64,000 nt of DNA from the human T2T-CHM13v2.0 reference genome, Homo sapiens, in NCBI RefSeq assembly GCF_009914755.1, contig NC_060942.1; one strand, written 5' to 3'. This document shows positions 28,175 to 42,490 of the stretch, piece by piece (the first letter of the stretch is position 1; the number at the start of each line of letters is the position of its first letter). The notes beneath the pieces are model-generated. The model ran no database searches. It was not told the origin of the DNA and saw only the letters and a list, made by a program, of their open reading frames with translations. The position numbers and the translations under genes were made by a program.

Positions 28175-29005
28175 GTAGCTTAAATGGTAGGAAAAAATAC
28201 CTTCACACATTAAAGATGAGGCAACATACTGCTCACAAATCCAGAGAGAGCCATTGTGTCCATGAGGTGTGATGGAGTCCACGCCGTATGCATTGGCCGC
28301 CCCAGGCCGCAGCTGTCCACAGCCCACCCCCAGGTCAGGTGCCATAAGGACAGAGCATGGTAGGACAGCAGTTCACTGCCTCGCACAGAGACATTAGGAT
28401 GAATGTTGGCTCCCCCAGCACCTGGTCAACACTGACTGGTATCTTATTATTTTTTCCACGCCAAATGCTCGATCTGCATCTCCGGTGGTAGTAACACCTA
28501 CTAAGGCCTTCGATAATTTATGAGAGAAACCATGTTGTTCTCTTTGGTTTCCTTCTCTGTGAAAAAGAACAAGGTTCAAATGACTAATCTGCATGGAACA
28601 CAAAATAATGATAACAATCCTAATTAACAATTTATATTAATAGAACCTTTTTTCTCGGTAGCTGAACACATGGAAAATGCCGACTTCTTTTGCAGAGAAG
28701 GGCAGAGTTGGTGGTGGAGAGAAAGGAGGAGGGGGAGGTGCCCCTGCAGCAGGAGGAAGGGGCTCTGTGCTGGAGCTGCAGAGAGGGAGGCAGTGCAGCC
28801 GCGACAGACCCACCCACCCGCCGGTTCGTCCAGGGGTAGGAGGCTTTTTGACATCACAGAAACAAGACAACAGGTAGATCAGGATGGTGGCCCATTTTTT
28901 CAGAAGTCCAGTGGCCTTGTGGAAGCATGGCCTAAGCCCCCAGGGTCAACTTTAAAGTAATAGTGATTTTCATCTGTTACCCAGCGTGGGGCTGTGTGGA
29001 CACAA

Positions 29006-29244
29006 TACAATGAAGGGGACGGTCACCTCTGCCCATCCGCCCCTCAATGCAATGAGGGGGACGGTCACCACTGCCCATCTGCCCCCGACACAATGAGGGT
29101 GACGGCCACCTCTGCCCATCTGCCCCTCGACGCAATGAAGGGGACGGCCACCTCTGCCCATCCGCCCCTCGATGCAATGAGGGGGAAGGTCACCACTGCC
29201 CATTCGCCATCCGATGCAAGGAAGGGGACTGCCACCATTGCCCT
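29006..29244. repeat. Minisatellite, ~42-bp unit x~6
   Basis: CAATGARGGGGACGGYCACCWCTGCCCATCYGCCCCTCGAYG at 29008, 29050, 29091, 29133, 29175 and 29217. Confidence 0.93.
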
Positions 29245-30095
29245 TCCACCCCCCAACACAAGGCCCCACAGGTGAGGCAAAAGTGGCTCTCGGCACATCC
29301 TGCCTTAGAAAACAAAGCAATCGCACCTCCACGGCCCACAGGCCGAGAGCACCTCATGGATGTGCAGAGCCAGCCCTGGAACTGTGGTGGCTGAGCTGCC
29401 CTTTCCCTGGAGCGGGGAGGGCAGGGGCGTGAGTGTTTCATTCTCTAGTTGGTGCTGCCATGTGCCCCATTGGTAGAATGACAAGCTGCAAGTCTTGACG
29501 TTTTAGCAATTAGAAGAAAGAGCCACCTGTTTAGGGCCTGACCCAGGGGTGTTTGGAAAATGCAGCCAGCGCCGTAACTAGCTGTCTCCACACAGATGTC
29601 ACCCCATGAGAACCACGTCATCCCTGCACCCGGCTTCTCCAAGAGCCTTTGGCAAGAGCCATTGGCATGAGGTTGGGTGGTGTAGACCACATCGTGTCTC
29701 AGGGGGGCCTGTTAGCTGTTCCAAAGGACATCCCAGGACACTGTCCTATAGACCTTCCCGAGAGATGTCTCCTTTCTCCCTCAGCTCCTGGCACATCTGC
29801 AGACCACCCATGGGCTCTCCTCCACGAGACCTGCCCGCCGGGCACCCACCATCCCCCAGCTGTCCCTGGGAACTCCCCACAGCCACCCTGGGGCATGGGC
29901 TTTGTCTGCCCTGTCACCAGATGTTGGCAGGCATGGGCTGGACCACCAGCCCCTCCGGCAGACGGCTGGATGCCGGGACTTCCGACGTGGAGGCTGCGAG
30001 GCTGCGGCTGGCCAGGTGGTGGCACTGCTGCCCTGAGGCATCTGTGCCCACTTCCACACAGGCTCCTCGAAGGAGCCCACCAGGCAGCCCCGCGT

Positions 30096-30495
30096 CCCTG
30101 GACGTCACCCTCCTGCCCTCACCACTCCACCTGTGGTGTGCGGCACCCACTGTCGTCCTCAGGGCCTGGACATCAACCTGCACCTGTGGTGTGTGGCACC
30201 CACTGTCATCCTCAGGGCCTGGACATCACCCTCCTGCCTTCACCATTCCACCTGTGGTGTGCGGCACCCACTGTCATCCTCAGGGCCTGGATGTCACCCT
30301 CCTGCCCTCACCATTCCACCTGTGGTGTGTGGCACCCACTGTCGTCCTCAGGGCCTGGATGTCACCCTCCTGCCCTCACTGTTCCACCTGCGGTGTGTGG
30401 CACCCACTGTCGTCCTCAGGACCTGGACGTCACCCTCCTGCCCTCACTATTCCACCTGTGGTGTGTGGCACCCACTGTCGTCCTCAGGCCCTGAA
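30096..30495. repeat. Minisatellite, 68-bp unit x~6 (second unit shortened to ~53 bp)
   Basis: CTGGAYGTCACCCTCCTGCCCTCACCATTCCACCTGTGGTGTGYGGCACCCACTGTCRTCCTCAGGGC at 30098, 30166, 30219, 30287, 30355 and 30423. Confidence 0.95.
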
Positions 30496-31464
30496 CGTGA
30501 GCCTCCAGCCATTCCCCATGGGGCTTCCCAGCTGCAAAATGCACCGTGCTGCTGAGGACAGCCAGGGAGGCTCCTCTCGCCACTTGGCCTCTCCCCACTG
30601 CAAGACAAAACCAGTGCCTACAATCGTTTCAGAGTCTCGGGGAAACTTTGTGATTTAAGACCTTGTCAATGCAACTTATCTTCCTAGTTCTTGTGGAAAT
30701 GAAGTTTTCAAACATGTAATTGTGCCAGGCTACTGCCAGATTGCCAGGGAGTTCCGTTTTCTCCAGCTCTGAAAGCTGCATGTGACACTGCATGCCAGTC
30801 TCCCACCCGCTTTCTCACTGTGAGCGACGCCCTTCTCTCCCTCCTGCCCTCCAAGAATGCCCATCTTGCCCACACTAGCTTCAAGTGGCCTAAAGCGAGG
30901 CCCATCCATCCCACAGGACCGGGAGTCCCACAGCCTGCACTGCTGTGAATAATGCAGCTTCTCTCCCATGGCCAGTTGAGAAGGTCCCAGTCTCTCCAGG
31001 CCGCATGCACGAGGGCTTTGCTCCTCATGGTTTCCATCTGTCACATCACACGTCTAAGCAAGAAGTCATTGCCATGCAATCCGTCAGCGTTAGTTTTTTC
31101 AGCTAAAATAGACTGTGAGGCCCCTAAAGACAAGCCTGAGATGTCTCCTTCCTTCTGTCATCCATCCTACTAGGGAATTAGCACCACCAACAATGCGGGC
31201 AGAAAGAAATAGGACCTTGTCGTAGAACACGTCGCGGGTGACGAGAGAAGGGAACATATGTCAAGATTCTAAAATACATTGAAGCCTCCTGTAACCTGGG
31301 CCTCGTGTGTAACCCGTGTGATGGCAGCCAGTGTCGAGAAGGTTCACAAACCCCTCCCATCTGTAGCACACACTAAACCCACCAGCCAAAGCAGGAATGA
31401 TGCATGGCTGTGCGTGAAGCCCCGTGATTATAGCAAGCGGTACAAAGACCCTCAAACTCCAGAG

Positions 31465-31613
31465 CAGAATGGAGGTCCGGCACCCACCCCAGCAGACATG
31501 GATAAAGGCACAGGAAGGTGCAGAACGGAGGTCAGGCACCCACCCCAGCAGATACAGTCACAGGAAGGTGCAGAGCCCAGGTCAGGCACCCGCCCCTGCA
31601 GACATGGATAGAG
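31465..31613. repeat. Degenerate tandem repeat, ~50-55 bp x3
   Basis: GCAGA...AGGTCMGGCACCCRCCCCWGCAGA three times, linked by CACAGGAAGGT. Confidence 0.8.
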
Positions 31614-32009
31614 TCAACTCCAGTCTGGGGATGGCTGCCTAGTAGAACGGGTGACCAGGTACAGGATCATGGCCACGAGCCACAGGACCTCCTTGTCCCT
31701 CCTCCAGTGAGAGAATGGCCCGAACTCACCTTCCCTCAACCCACCTCCCACTTTTGTTGGGTGGAGCAGGAAGAGGAGGGAGTCTGGGGATCCAGTGTTG
31801 AGGGCAGCAGAAAAGGGTCTGAAATATATGGACTTGTGAATATGAGACCAAAGAGCTTCAAAATCTATTTTTGATAAATTTTAAAACATTGCCTCAGGAA
31901 GTAAAAGACCAACATATGCACCTTAGAGAGTTACCCTCTATAGCTACCTTCATTTCTTCTTTTTTTAATTCACAAGGAACTGTGTAGATCCATTAAAAGT
32001 ATTCAAACA

Positions 32010-32318
<309 letters not shown>

Positions 32319-32567
32319 ATTCAAACTAAAACCCACCATCATAAACTACTCCAATAAGAAAATAACAGGAGAATTCAAAACAGTTCTGTCATCTGCCTGC
32401 ATTTGAACAGAGAAGAAGCTTGATTGTCATTGATTTCCTTATAGCTTTGTACCAGAAAGAGGTACAGGTACCACACATTAAAGTTCAAGTAAAGGAACGA
32501 TTGTTGGCCTGTTTGTTTGTGGAGGTGTCACGTGAATTGTATTTTTAAAATGCCATTGCAGTCAAGT

Positions 32568-32711
32568 CTTTTTCTCTTTCTTTTTCTTTTTTTGAGATAG
32601 GGTCTCGCTCAGTCACCCAAGCTAAAGTGCAGTGGCAGGATCATAGCTCGCCACAACCTTGAACTTCTGGGCTCAAGTGATCCTCTGGCCTCAGCCTTCC
32701 AAGCAGCTGGG
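32568..32711 (-). mobile_element. AluJ right-arm fragment
   Basis: T-rich tail, then GAGATAGGGTCTCGCT...GATCATAGCTC...GGGCTCAAGTGATCCTC...GCTGGGA. Confidence 0.85.
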
Positions 32712-33435
32712 AGGAAGGATAGAAATGAAAGATGCTGTGCAGATGCTTCTACACTCAGAGCTACCCAAGCTATAGAGGCCGTGAGATGTGATTCTCTCCC
32801 CCTTGGAGAGCTCAGAGGGCGTAGGTCCCCTGCACAAGTTCTCAGGCCAGTGACCCAGGTCGGATCCTCACCCAGCCATTCTGCACATGAGTGTGATCAT
32901 GTGCTTAGCGTCGGGACTGGACATGTTAAGGTGTGTGGATGGGAAGTAAAGCCTGAGGGAGACCTGCCACACGTGACAGGTGTGTAAAGCAGAAAAGAGA
33001 GGCAACATCCAGAATGTTCTGTGGGCTTCACAGGGTCAGGCTAAGAACCTCCGAGTCATTCTGCAGCTAATGAGGAATCACAGGCCAACTCAGAGCCGGA
33101 GCAGCTGTGACCAGCCCTGTTCTTCAAGACAGAGATGGCAGGCACATCAGGGGCGCCATGCAGGGAAAGGGACGGGACCCCAAGGTGGCCGGCAATCAGG
33201 GACAGTATGGCCCTGGGGGAGGGCCGGGTGGGAGGCGCCCACCCCGCCTATGACCAGAGATTGAGAAAAATAATAACTGGGAAAAACACATACCCAACTT
33301 CTTTCTTTTCTTCTTATGTCTAGAATCTAGTCTGCAATAGCATTAGGATTTTATGTTAAGGTTCTCAACGAAAAGAAGTTAACTCCCCAGGATAATTTCA
33401 CTAGGGAAGTCTGAGGACGCTGTTCTGTGTGCCAA

Positions 33436-33492
33436 GCAAACTCCTAACCTCAGCTAGGCTGGGCAAACTCCTAACCTCAGCTAGGCTGGGCA
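33436..33492. repeat. Perfect 27-bp tandem duplication
   Basis: GCAAACTCCTAACCTCAGCTAGGCTGG at 33436 and 33463. Confidence 0.9.
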
Positions 33493-34705
33493 GATCCCAG
33501 CCTTGGTCAGCCTCTTCTTCAGTTCATCACCAGGCAGGCAGTAGACTGTTCAAAGTAAAGATATTATTTTCCCATAAGATTCCCATAAGACTTCTCAAAG
33601 TATAAGATATACAACTATCCCCGGATTTTTTTGCTTTTTGGTCTAGGAAATCCAATTTTAAACATGAAGTCAGGATTATAAACAAATCCTTCTGATGCTT
33701 TCTTCTCTTTGTTACCCCTCTCCCCATTTCATTGCTTACTTAGATAGGAAGAAATGCAGAAGGAAAGATGACAAGAAAGAAACCGTCTGGAGTTCACTTC
33801 AAGAGACTCGGTGTCTTTATTTTTGAAAACGATCAGAATCCAGGGAAGAAGCTGTGAAGTTGCCTGAATATGAACTGCAGTTTTGGCCCAGGGCGACTTT
33901 TCAGAGGATAAATACCCGGGAGGTTTAATAAAATGAGTGACAATTGTCAAAGGCTAAATGTAGAGGGATCTGCATACCAACAACACAGACACAGGAAATT
34001 TCTTACGGATCCTGGACCGTCCTCCTGTGGGGTACCCCGCACTCAGGTCCTCCATCCCCCTAAACGTCCGCTCTCAGGGGACCTCCTCACACACTGGCCA
34101 CTGCTTCTCTCCTGGACACAAAAGGCCACTGTCCCGATGCCAGGAGGGTTGGAGGTGTGAGCAGCCTCAGAGGTGGACACAGCTTCAGGGGCAACAGGAC
34201 ACTCAGGGAAGAAAGAAATACGTAAACTCTCGCACACTCTCTGCTAGAGGAGAGTGCGGAGGTGACGGGCTCCCATAGCAGGGTGTGGCCCCCAGCCCCG
34301 CTCAGCTGCCTCCGCCACCGGCGTTCACTGGCCCCCATTCTCACACCCCAGCGGGTCATCCCAGAAGTGCTCAAATCCCAGCAGTCGCCACAGCAGCTAA
34401 GCAGCACTGTGCGCTCCTGAGAATGGCTGTCCTGGCAACAGGATGGAGGCTGAACGCTAGCATTGTAATCTTAGTTTATCAAAGCACTTCATTAAATTTC
34501 CCCCAAAATTCTAGAGTTTCAGCTGTAAATAAAATTAACAATTTTTATTTAAACATTTAATATGTTATCATCTGAATTGTACACTTTAATTTTAGTCATT
34601 TTGAAATATTTTATAAGAAAAATAACTTTGAAGCATTGCTGAATTTGCTTTTTTATTTTTAACATTTATGTTTTTGATAAAAACTATATTAAAATTTGTT
34701 ATACC

Positions 34706-35080
<375 letters not shown>

Positions 35081-35081
35081 T

Positions 35082-35280
35082 CAGGGGTTTCAAAATATTT
35101 GCTGAAAAGGCTGAGTCATCAATATTTTAGGCCTGGTGGCCACAGCCTCTGTCGCAGCCATTGACTCTGCAGAGCGGAGAGGAGGCAGCCATAGATGATA
35201 CATCACAAAATGGGAATGGCCATGTTCCAATAAAACTTTACTTACAAAACAGGTGTCTAGTCCAAGGGCGGCTGACCCTG
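35082..35280 (-). mobile_element. MER58A (hAT-Charlie DNA transposon relic)
   Basis: CAGGGG...AATATTTTAGGC...GCAGCCATAGA...TGTTCCAATAAAACTTTA...ACAAAACAGG...GCTGACCCTG. Confidence 0.8.
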
Positions 35281-37759
35281 AGTCCATCATTACTCAATGG
35301 AAGATAACTTATGTGACAACTTTAATTATAAAAAAATAAGTAATTTCATTGAAATAAAGGCCTAACAAATACATTTTACATATTAAATATAAAATGATTA
35401 ATGGATTGTCATATGTTTTTGTTATTATTCACCCAAAACTCATGGCCCTAGCAAGGAAACTTCGAGACGTGCTCCACTGTTATCAACTTGAGCTGTCTTT
35501 GAAACTTGCTGTTTCAGGCCTGTATTTTTTACATTTATTTTTCTATTTCATCATCATGATGGTCCACAGGTGAAGGCAGGAAAATAGGAGCATGAGACGA
35601 ACCCGCAGCATTTAGCTGGGTCAGTATGGTGTTTGGCAGAAGCCGCGTAGGCTTCCGTGTGCTCTGTGATCCCGCCCTCCGACTGTGAGGAGTGCGCCTG
35701 TACAAAGGTTCAAACGCACTGTTTCCTGGGGCCACACTGAAGAAATTAACAGGAAGTCCACATGAGAAGTGAAACATTCTTCCCAGGGCACCGGACTTGT
35801 CTCTCACTGGTTTTGGGGCTCCTGCCTCCTCCAGTATGATGTTTTTCCAGAACTAGATCAAGAAGACCTAGAGCCGGATGAGCACTCAGCGAGGCTGTTT
35901 CCGGGTGTGTCTCACCGCATCACAGAAACCACCAAACAGGCGTCACCGTGGAGGGCATGTGGCTGGGAAATGAAACATAGTTTGCTTTTGACGAAGCCAA
36001 AGTCGGAAAATTAATTTTTCAATGTATATTTCCTCTCTAAGTCAGTCTTTGCCAATGAAATTTTGAGATAACTAGTAAATTCTCCCTTAAAATATTTCCC
36101 CCTCATAATGTGTACAACTGGCTGGAAGTGGATTCACGATGTTTAAGAAAATGGGCAAAAGCATGTTTCTACCAGGATAATTCAAACCTCGACCTCGCCC
36201 ACTCCCCGAGCGGTTATTCTCGAATTCACACATGTGCAGTATTTTCAGCGCACTTTCGAATGAGGAAACCTGGAAATAGGAAAAGTGGCTTTTTTAGTAA
36301 GTATTTAAATACTTTCATTAATGCAAAAGAATCAGATAAACTAACTCAGCCTTCAAAATATTTTTCCCTGAATTATTCAATTTAACTCCTTTATGAAATT
36401 AAATCAAATAATTGACAAATCTACTTTTTTTTTTTAAGTAAACACCTTCCATCACAAGCTTTTATGGGAAATCTACATACATGATTTTAGAAGGTAAATT
36501 TCTAGATTTACCCAAACCCAAATTAGGTTTGCAAAAATTACCAAAAAAAAAAAAAAAAAACAAAGTTATTATTTCCTTGGTGAAACCTTAAAGCTAGCAT
36601 CCCAAAATAATTTTAAGATCAGTAATTTTTTAAAAAACAATATCTGTCTTAAATAGTGTTTCCTACAAGCAGATCCTGAGAGGGGGATGTGGGACCACAT
36701 GCTGTAGGGAAGAACCAAGAAGAAACCCCTTCGAGGGTGGGGTGTGCAGGAGAGGAAGGGGGGCTCCTGGCGAACTGGGTCTCAGGACAAATCCAGCCCA
36801 GAGCACAAAGCCAAAGTGCTTTTGCAGCTCGAACCCTGCTCTGAAGTGCCTTGCAGTCGGTGCTGGCCATTGCCTGGGCTGTGGGAGAAGAGGGCCTCCT
36901 TCTGCAGGGCAAGTGCCCTCGCAGGCCAAGGGCAGGCACCAGAGAACGGGCCTGGGCCGCCTCCATCCACAGCCACACTGTCCCTGGGAGGCAGGGGCAG
37001 CCAAGGGCTTCCTCAAGGAGAAAATGCAGGAGTCTGATGGAAGGAGAAATGAGAACTGGGTAGGGGACCGAGGTGGACATTGAACAGCGAAGTAGCTGGG
37101 GCAGCAGCAGGGTCAGGCACGGAGCAACCCAGGATTCTGAGAGGACATAGCTCGTGGAGGGGGAAGAGAAGGTGCCAAGTGGGTGAACAAGGCCGGATCC
37201 TGATGTGGGTCACCCTCGGGCCTGGAGTGGGGCAGGAGGTGGCACAGCAGGACTCACACTCAGGGTGGAAGAGCTGAGCACTGGGCACATACGGGCCCCC
37301 AGGCCCTCTCATAAGACAGGAACATTGGAAAAGACACACAGGAGAGGATGAGGAGGGGCTACTGTTCACTGTTTAACTAAAGTCACTTACAATTTATTCA
37401 TCATACACTATAAATTGTTTCAAAAGTCAAAATTCAGTTCGATTCCAAGCCATAAGGAATAGGGAAATTGTTTACATACAAGAGAATAATACCTGAGTCC
37501 AAACTGAAATTCAAAGTTGCCTTTTTGTAAAAGCAAGGAACAAGTTACCGCCTAAAACATTAAACCTTAAGCATTTAAATAGCCTTTAGAAACATGGAGT
37601 GGAGAGCAAGAGGGGGCCGATGGGGCTGCCATGTTTTGAACGTTTGTGTCCCTCAAAAATCCATGTTGAAAGGGAAGCTCCGAAGCAGCAGTATTAAGAG
37701 GTGGGGCCCAGGAAGTGATGAGGCCCTGAGGGCTGCTGGAAGGAAGCAGCTGGGCTCTT

Positions 37760-38130
37760 CCCACCCTCCCCTTTGTCTCTCATCCTTCCCCCATCCCCCC
37801 CATCCGCCCTCCCACCCCTCTCCCATCCACCCTCCCACCCCTCCCCATCCACCCTACCCCTCTCCCATCCACCCTCCCACCCCTCCCCATCCATCCTACC
37901 CCGCTTCCCCATCTGCCCTCTCACTCCTCCCCATCCACCCTCCCACCCTTCCCCTTATCCGCCCTCTCATCCTTCCCCCATCCACCCTCCCAACCCTACC
38001 CCATCCACCCTCCCCCATCCACCCTCCCACCTCTCCCCTAGCCACCCTTCCATCTCTTCCCCCATCTGCCCTCCCATCCCACCCCCATACTCCCTCCCAT
38101 CCGTCCCCAATCCACCCTTCCTCCCTCCCG
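37760..38130. repeat. C-rich low-complexity tract (CCCATCCACCCTCCCA-like)
   Basis: About 370 bp C-rich and almost G-free; the minus strand has dense GGG runs. Confidence 0.9.
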
Positions 38131-38143
38131 TGTAAGGACAGGC

Positions 38144-38503
38144 TCTCATCCCCTCAATGGGATCCAGCAAGAGGTGCCATCTTGACACAGAGACCAAGCC
38201 CTCACCAACACCAAGTCTCATCCCCTCAGAGGGTCCAGCAAGAGGCACCATCTTGACACAGACACCAAGCCCTCACCAACACCAAATCTCATCCCCTCAG
38301 GGGCGTCCAGCAAGAGGCGCCATCTTGACACAGAGACCAAGCCCTCACCAACACCAAATCTCATCCCCTCAGGGGCGTCCAGCAAGAGGCGCCATCTTGA
38401 CACAGAGACCAAGCCCTCACCAACACCAAATCTCATCCCCTCAGGGGCGTCCAGCAAGAGGCACCATCTTGACACAGACACCAAGCCCTCACCAACACCA
38501 AAT
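38144..38503. repeat. Minisatellite, 72-bp unit x5, derived from LTR sequence
   Basis: TCTCATCCCCTCAG...CAGCAAGAGGCRCCATCTTGACACAGASACCAAGCCCTCACCAACACCAAA at 38144, 38216, 38287, 38359 and 38431. Confidence 0.95.
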
Positions 38504-39047
38504 CTGCCAGTGCTTGGATCTTGGCTTCCCAGCCCCCAGAACTGTGAGAGATAAATTTCTGTTCCTTATAAATGACCCAGTCTCAGGTGTTTTGTTGCAG
38601 CAACACAAATAGGCAGACACAGAGAGGAGGCACGAGCTGCTTCTCCCAGGCCCGGGGCTGGCATCCTCAAGGGAGCTTGATGCTGGGGCCCACTGGGGAG
38701 GGGTCATTTTCAGGGGATCCCTGGTGAGGTTTGCATGGAGCCAGCTTCAATCAGATGAAAATGACCAGCTCTTTCCAAATTTCCTACAGCAAGGCCTACC
38801 CATGACACTCAGCTTCAGCCAACTCTCCTGTCTCTTCAATGTCATGAGGCCACAAAAGACCCACAAATGCAAAGCAAGAGTGTTGTCTGATTCAACTCAG
38901 ACTCTCCTGAACATGTGGAGATACAGGAAGGAGATGGATTGGAGATGTGTTTCATGTGAAAAATCAAAGATTCAATTAAGCTCAAATGGAAAGGAGAAAA
39001 TTCAGAGGGAAGCCAAAGCTCTTTCCCCCGTTAAAACCTAAGTCCTT

Positions 39048-39347
39048 GGCTGGACACAGTGGCTCATGTTTGTTGTAATCCCAACACTTCGGGAGGCCAA
39101 GGTGGGAGGATAACTTGAGGCCAGGAGTTTGAGATGACCCTGGGCAACATAGTGAGACACTATCTGCAAAAAATAAAAAACGTAGCTGGGCACGGTGGGG
39201 GGCACCTGTGATTCCAGTTACTTGGGAAGCCGGGGCAGGACGATCTCTCAAGCCCAGGAGTTTGAGGCTGCAGTGAGCTGTGATCGCACCACTGTACTCC
39301 AGTCTGGGCAACAGAGTGAGACCCTGTCTTGAAAAACAAAACAAAAA
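39048..39347 (+). mobile_element. AluJ
   Basis: GGAGGATAACTTGAGGCCAGGAG, GGGCAACATAGTGAGAC, GAGGCTGCAGTGAGCTGTGATCG; TSD AAAACCTAASTCCT on both sides. Confidence 0.95.
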
Positions 39348-40843
39348 CCTAACTCCTCTTAGGAAACTATACCCTTTCTACACTAGATTTTTTTTAACAA
39401 CCTTGTAACCATTTGCTCTCGTAATTTTTGCTCTGAGACTTTATTCCCAAATTATTCTGCAAAATCCTCTGTGATACTCAAATCATGAAAAAACTACATA
39501 AAAATGCTTTTCCCAAGGCATGATTTTCTATCAAAAGATTTGGAGCACGCAGAGTCCCAGACATTAAACTGCTCCCAGCATTGAAGAGCCCTCCTGATCT
39601 GGAGCAATAAAAGCATTTTTGTTAAAGTTTGCAAGACTCACTTTGAATGTCTTGCCTTTTGTTGATTGAAGCCATATTTCTGGTGTCATTTTAATAGTTT
39701 CTGTGTGCATTTTCATTATCTATTAAACTTGTAGTTTGATTATAGGTATAATGAATAATTTTTCTGTCATTTACATTCTAAAAGAAATGCATTCATGAAA
39801 TAGCATGCAATCTGACTTCACCATAAATTCTCTTCTTCGACATTCATTTGGTCAGATTCACAAAGGCTTAATGTCAGATTATTATTTCTGGCATTCACTC
39901 ATCAGCAACTCCCAAAAAAACCCCACCTTAAGATGTGATTCTCTGATACTCACACCAGAAATAATTATCATGACATCCGCTGGCTGATGGAGGCTTTTCA
40001 TTTTGTTCTTCCACAACACATTTAGTCAAACGTGGGTACCAATTGCAAGATCACAGAAGCTGTATTTTTTGCTACAATGAGAGCATATACTCTTACTCAA
40101 CAGTACTAAGGATTTAGTAGATGAAAAGGTGAGACTTACAAGGTCCACTTCAACCTACAGGGCTGAGCTATATGGCTGCCTTCCACACACCCCCAAGATT
40201 TCAACCTATTGCCTGAGAGGTTCGCTGTGGCCTAAAGTGAAGTTACATTAAAAGACTGCACAAAATAAAGTATCTACCAAATACCTTTTCTTTCTGGGTT
40301 AAATTCTTTATCTGCAAGGCTGGACTCAGCATGCTCGGGGGAATGAGTAGGTCTACATGAACGGTGAGCCTCCAGGAACGCAGCTTCTCCACAGATTTTA
40401 TCTTTTTCACTTTATATTTGAATCAGAATGTACTGATGGGTGATCATTTGGATGCAGAAGTGCAAGATTCCACTCATTCTTCACTTCTCTCTCCTGAGAT
40501 AACGGCCACCTGCCCATGCACACATGACATAAAATACATAATAATAAATACCAGTAGTAAAGAAAAATATTAACTTTTCTTAAATACTAGCTTTTCTTGT
40601 ATTGTTTTCCTAAAAATGCAAACTTCTCTTTACAGCTTATGTAAAAGTCCCAGGAAATGTTAAGCAAAGTTTGAAGTGGAGGATCTTTTTTTCCTACCAA
40701 ACACCGCCCCCTCCCCACCTCCATCCCTCCTTCCCCACCCACCCCACACCACCCACAGAAAATGCCTTGGTCACCTGGAGCCTGGGGCAGAGTTTAAAAG
40801 AGCAATGAAAGTTCCCAGTACCCAGAGGGAAAAAGAGCTCCCC

Positions 40844-41000
40844 TACACCCCAGGAAGTTTCAAAGATTCTCCCCAAGGAAAATCAGCCTGGAATACTCAC
40901 CCTGAAGGTTATGGGCAGGCCGTACACCCCAGGAAGATTCAAAGATCCTCCCTGAGGAAAATCAGCCTGGAATACTCACCCTGAAGGTTATGGGCAGGCA
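40844..41000. repeat. Tandem duplication, ~79-bp unit x2
   Basis: TACACCCCAGGAAG...GGAAAATCAGCCTGGAATACTCACCCTGAAGGTTATGGGCAGGC at 40844 and 40923. Confidence 0.92.
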
Positions 41001-42149
41001 TGGAAGGCCCTGTCTTTCCAAACCCGCTGTGGCAGGGACGGTGGGGAGAGCTGTGTTCTCCTCTTGGAAGGCGGCTCGGTGCTGCCCACTGCTGTGGTCC
41101 GTTTATCAGCCCTGGAATTGGACATTAATTAGCACTTTATTTGCTGTTGTGCTCCTTTTTCTGCAAATATTTCCTCTGAGGCCACAGCAGCCATTTCCTG
41201 CCCTTTCATCTTTCCCCACTCGTAATTGAACCCTGGGCCTCCTCACCTGGGGACACTGAATAGCCGGGCGGGGGAGGGAGCTTGAAGGGAGGCCCGTCTT
41301 CTCTCTGATCACAGCAAGAGTGAAACCTGCGCAAGGGGGCTCCTGGATAAAGGGAATAAAGTTGAGATGTGACAAACTGAATTCTGCACGCTGCGTGTTT
41401 TTAAGCAGGGGAAGCTTAGGAGTTTGGCATTTTCAGTTTGGGAGGCGTTCATACTTGCAGTTGTGCCGTGGTAGTAAATGGAAACAGTGAACAACACTAA
41501 TGATGTGGTAACAGTGTCCCAGGCTCACTTTCCACACCCCTTCCACACTCAGGCAGCCTGGCTTCAGGTGTTTCTGAGAGGAGATCCAGGCTGAGTGTGT
41601 TCAGGGCATCCTCAGAGACCGCACGGCTCTCGGGGTGGGGGCAGCTGGCTTTTTGGACCCAGGAAGTTGAACCCAAAGTTACACTGGCCTCGAAATGAAG
41701 GAACAGCACATAAATAGCTCATTAAGAAGGTCACAGAGCCACAGCAACCACGCAATTGTCAAACGCAGTGGAAGTGGACCCGCTGCACAGATGGACACCC
41801 GTCACATGGACTTTCTGGGCTTGCAGGAGGAAGGTCGCAGACAAATGCTCTGTCCATGGTCCATGAAGCCACGTGGTCCTGTGTCGTACCCCGGAGCTCC
41901 GAGGGTCCTCACGCATCCTCTGGAAAACAGAAAACAAAACACAAAGTCACTGGGGTCATGGCGACCCAGTTTGATATCACACCCTCAAGTGGTATCCAAC
42001 AGTGTTCACACAGGTAAATGCCCCAGTGTTCATTCCAGGTCAAATAATTTACTAAACCAGCTATGAAAAATGCCAGGAGATGACCCCTTCTCATTCTGAA
42101 GACGTCCAATTCAGGTATGAGGAGAGCGTCAGAAATAGAACAGAATGTG

Positions 42150-42490
<341 letters not shown>

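Larger units (their letters stand above)
37627..38619 (+). mobile_element. MaLR LTR (MSTC/MSTD-like) expanded by internal repeats
   Basis: 5' end TGCCATGTTTTGAA...CAGTATTAAGAGGTGGGGCC; 3' end CTTCCCAGCCCCCAGAACTGTGAGAGATAAATTTCTGTTCCTTATAAATGACCCAGTCTCAGGT. Confidence 0.85.

Noticed and set aside
29606-30658. 350-aa and 281-aa ORFs
   Set aside because: GC-rich sequence plus a 68-bp VNTR whose period breaks frame; no recognisable domain
40726-40738. PRDM9 13-mer match CCTCCTTCCCCAC
   Set aside because: A single degenerate match is expected by chance in 64 kb of C-rich DNA
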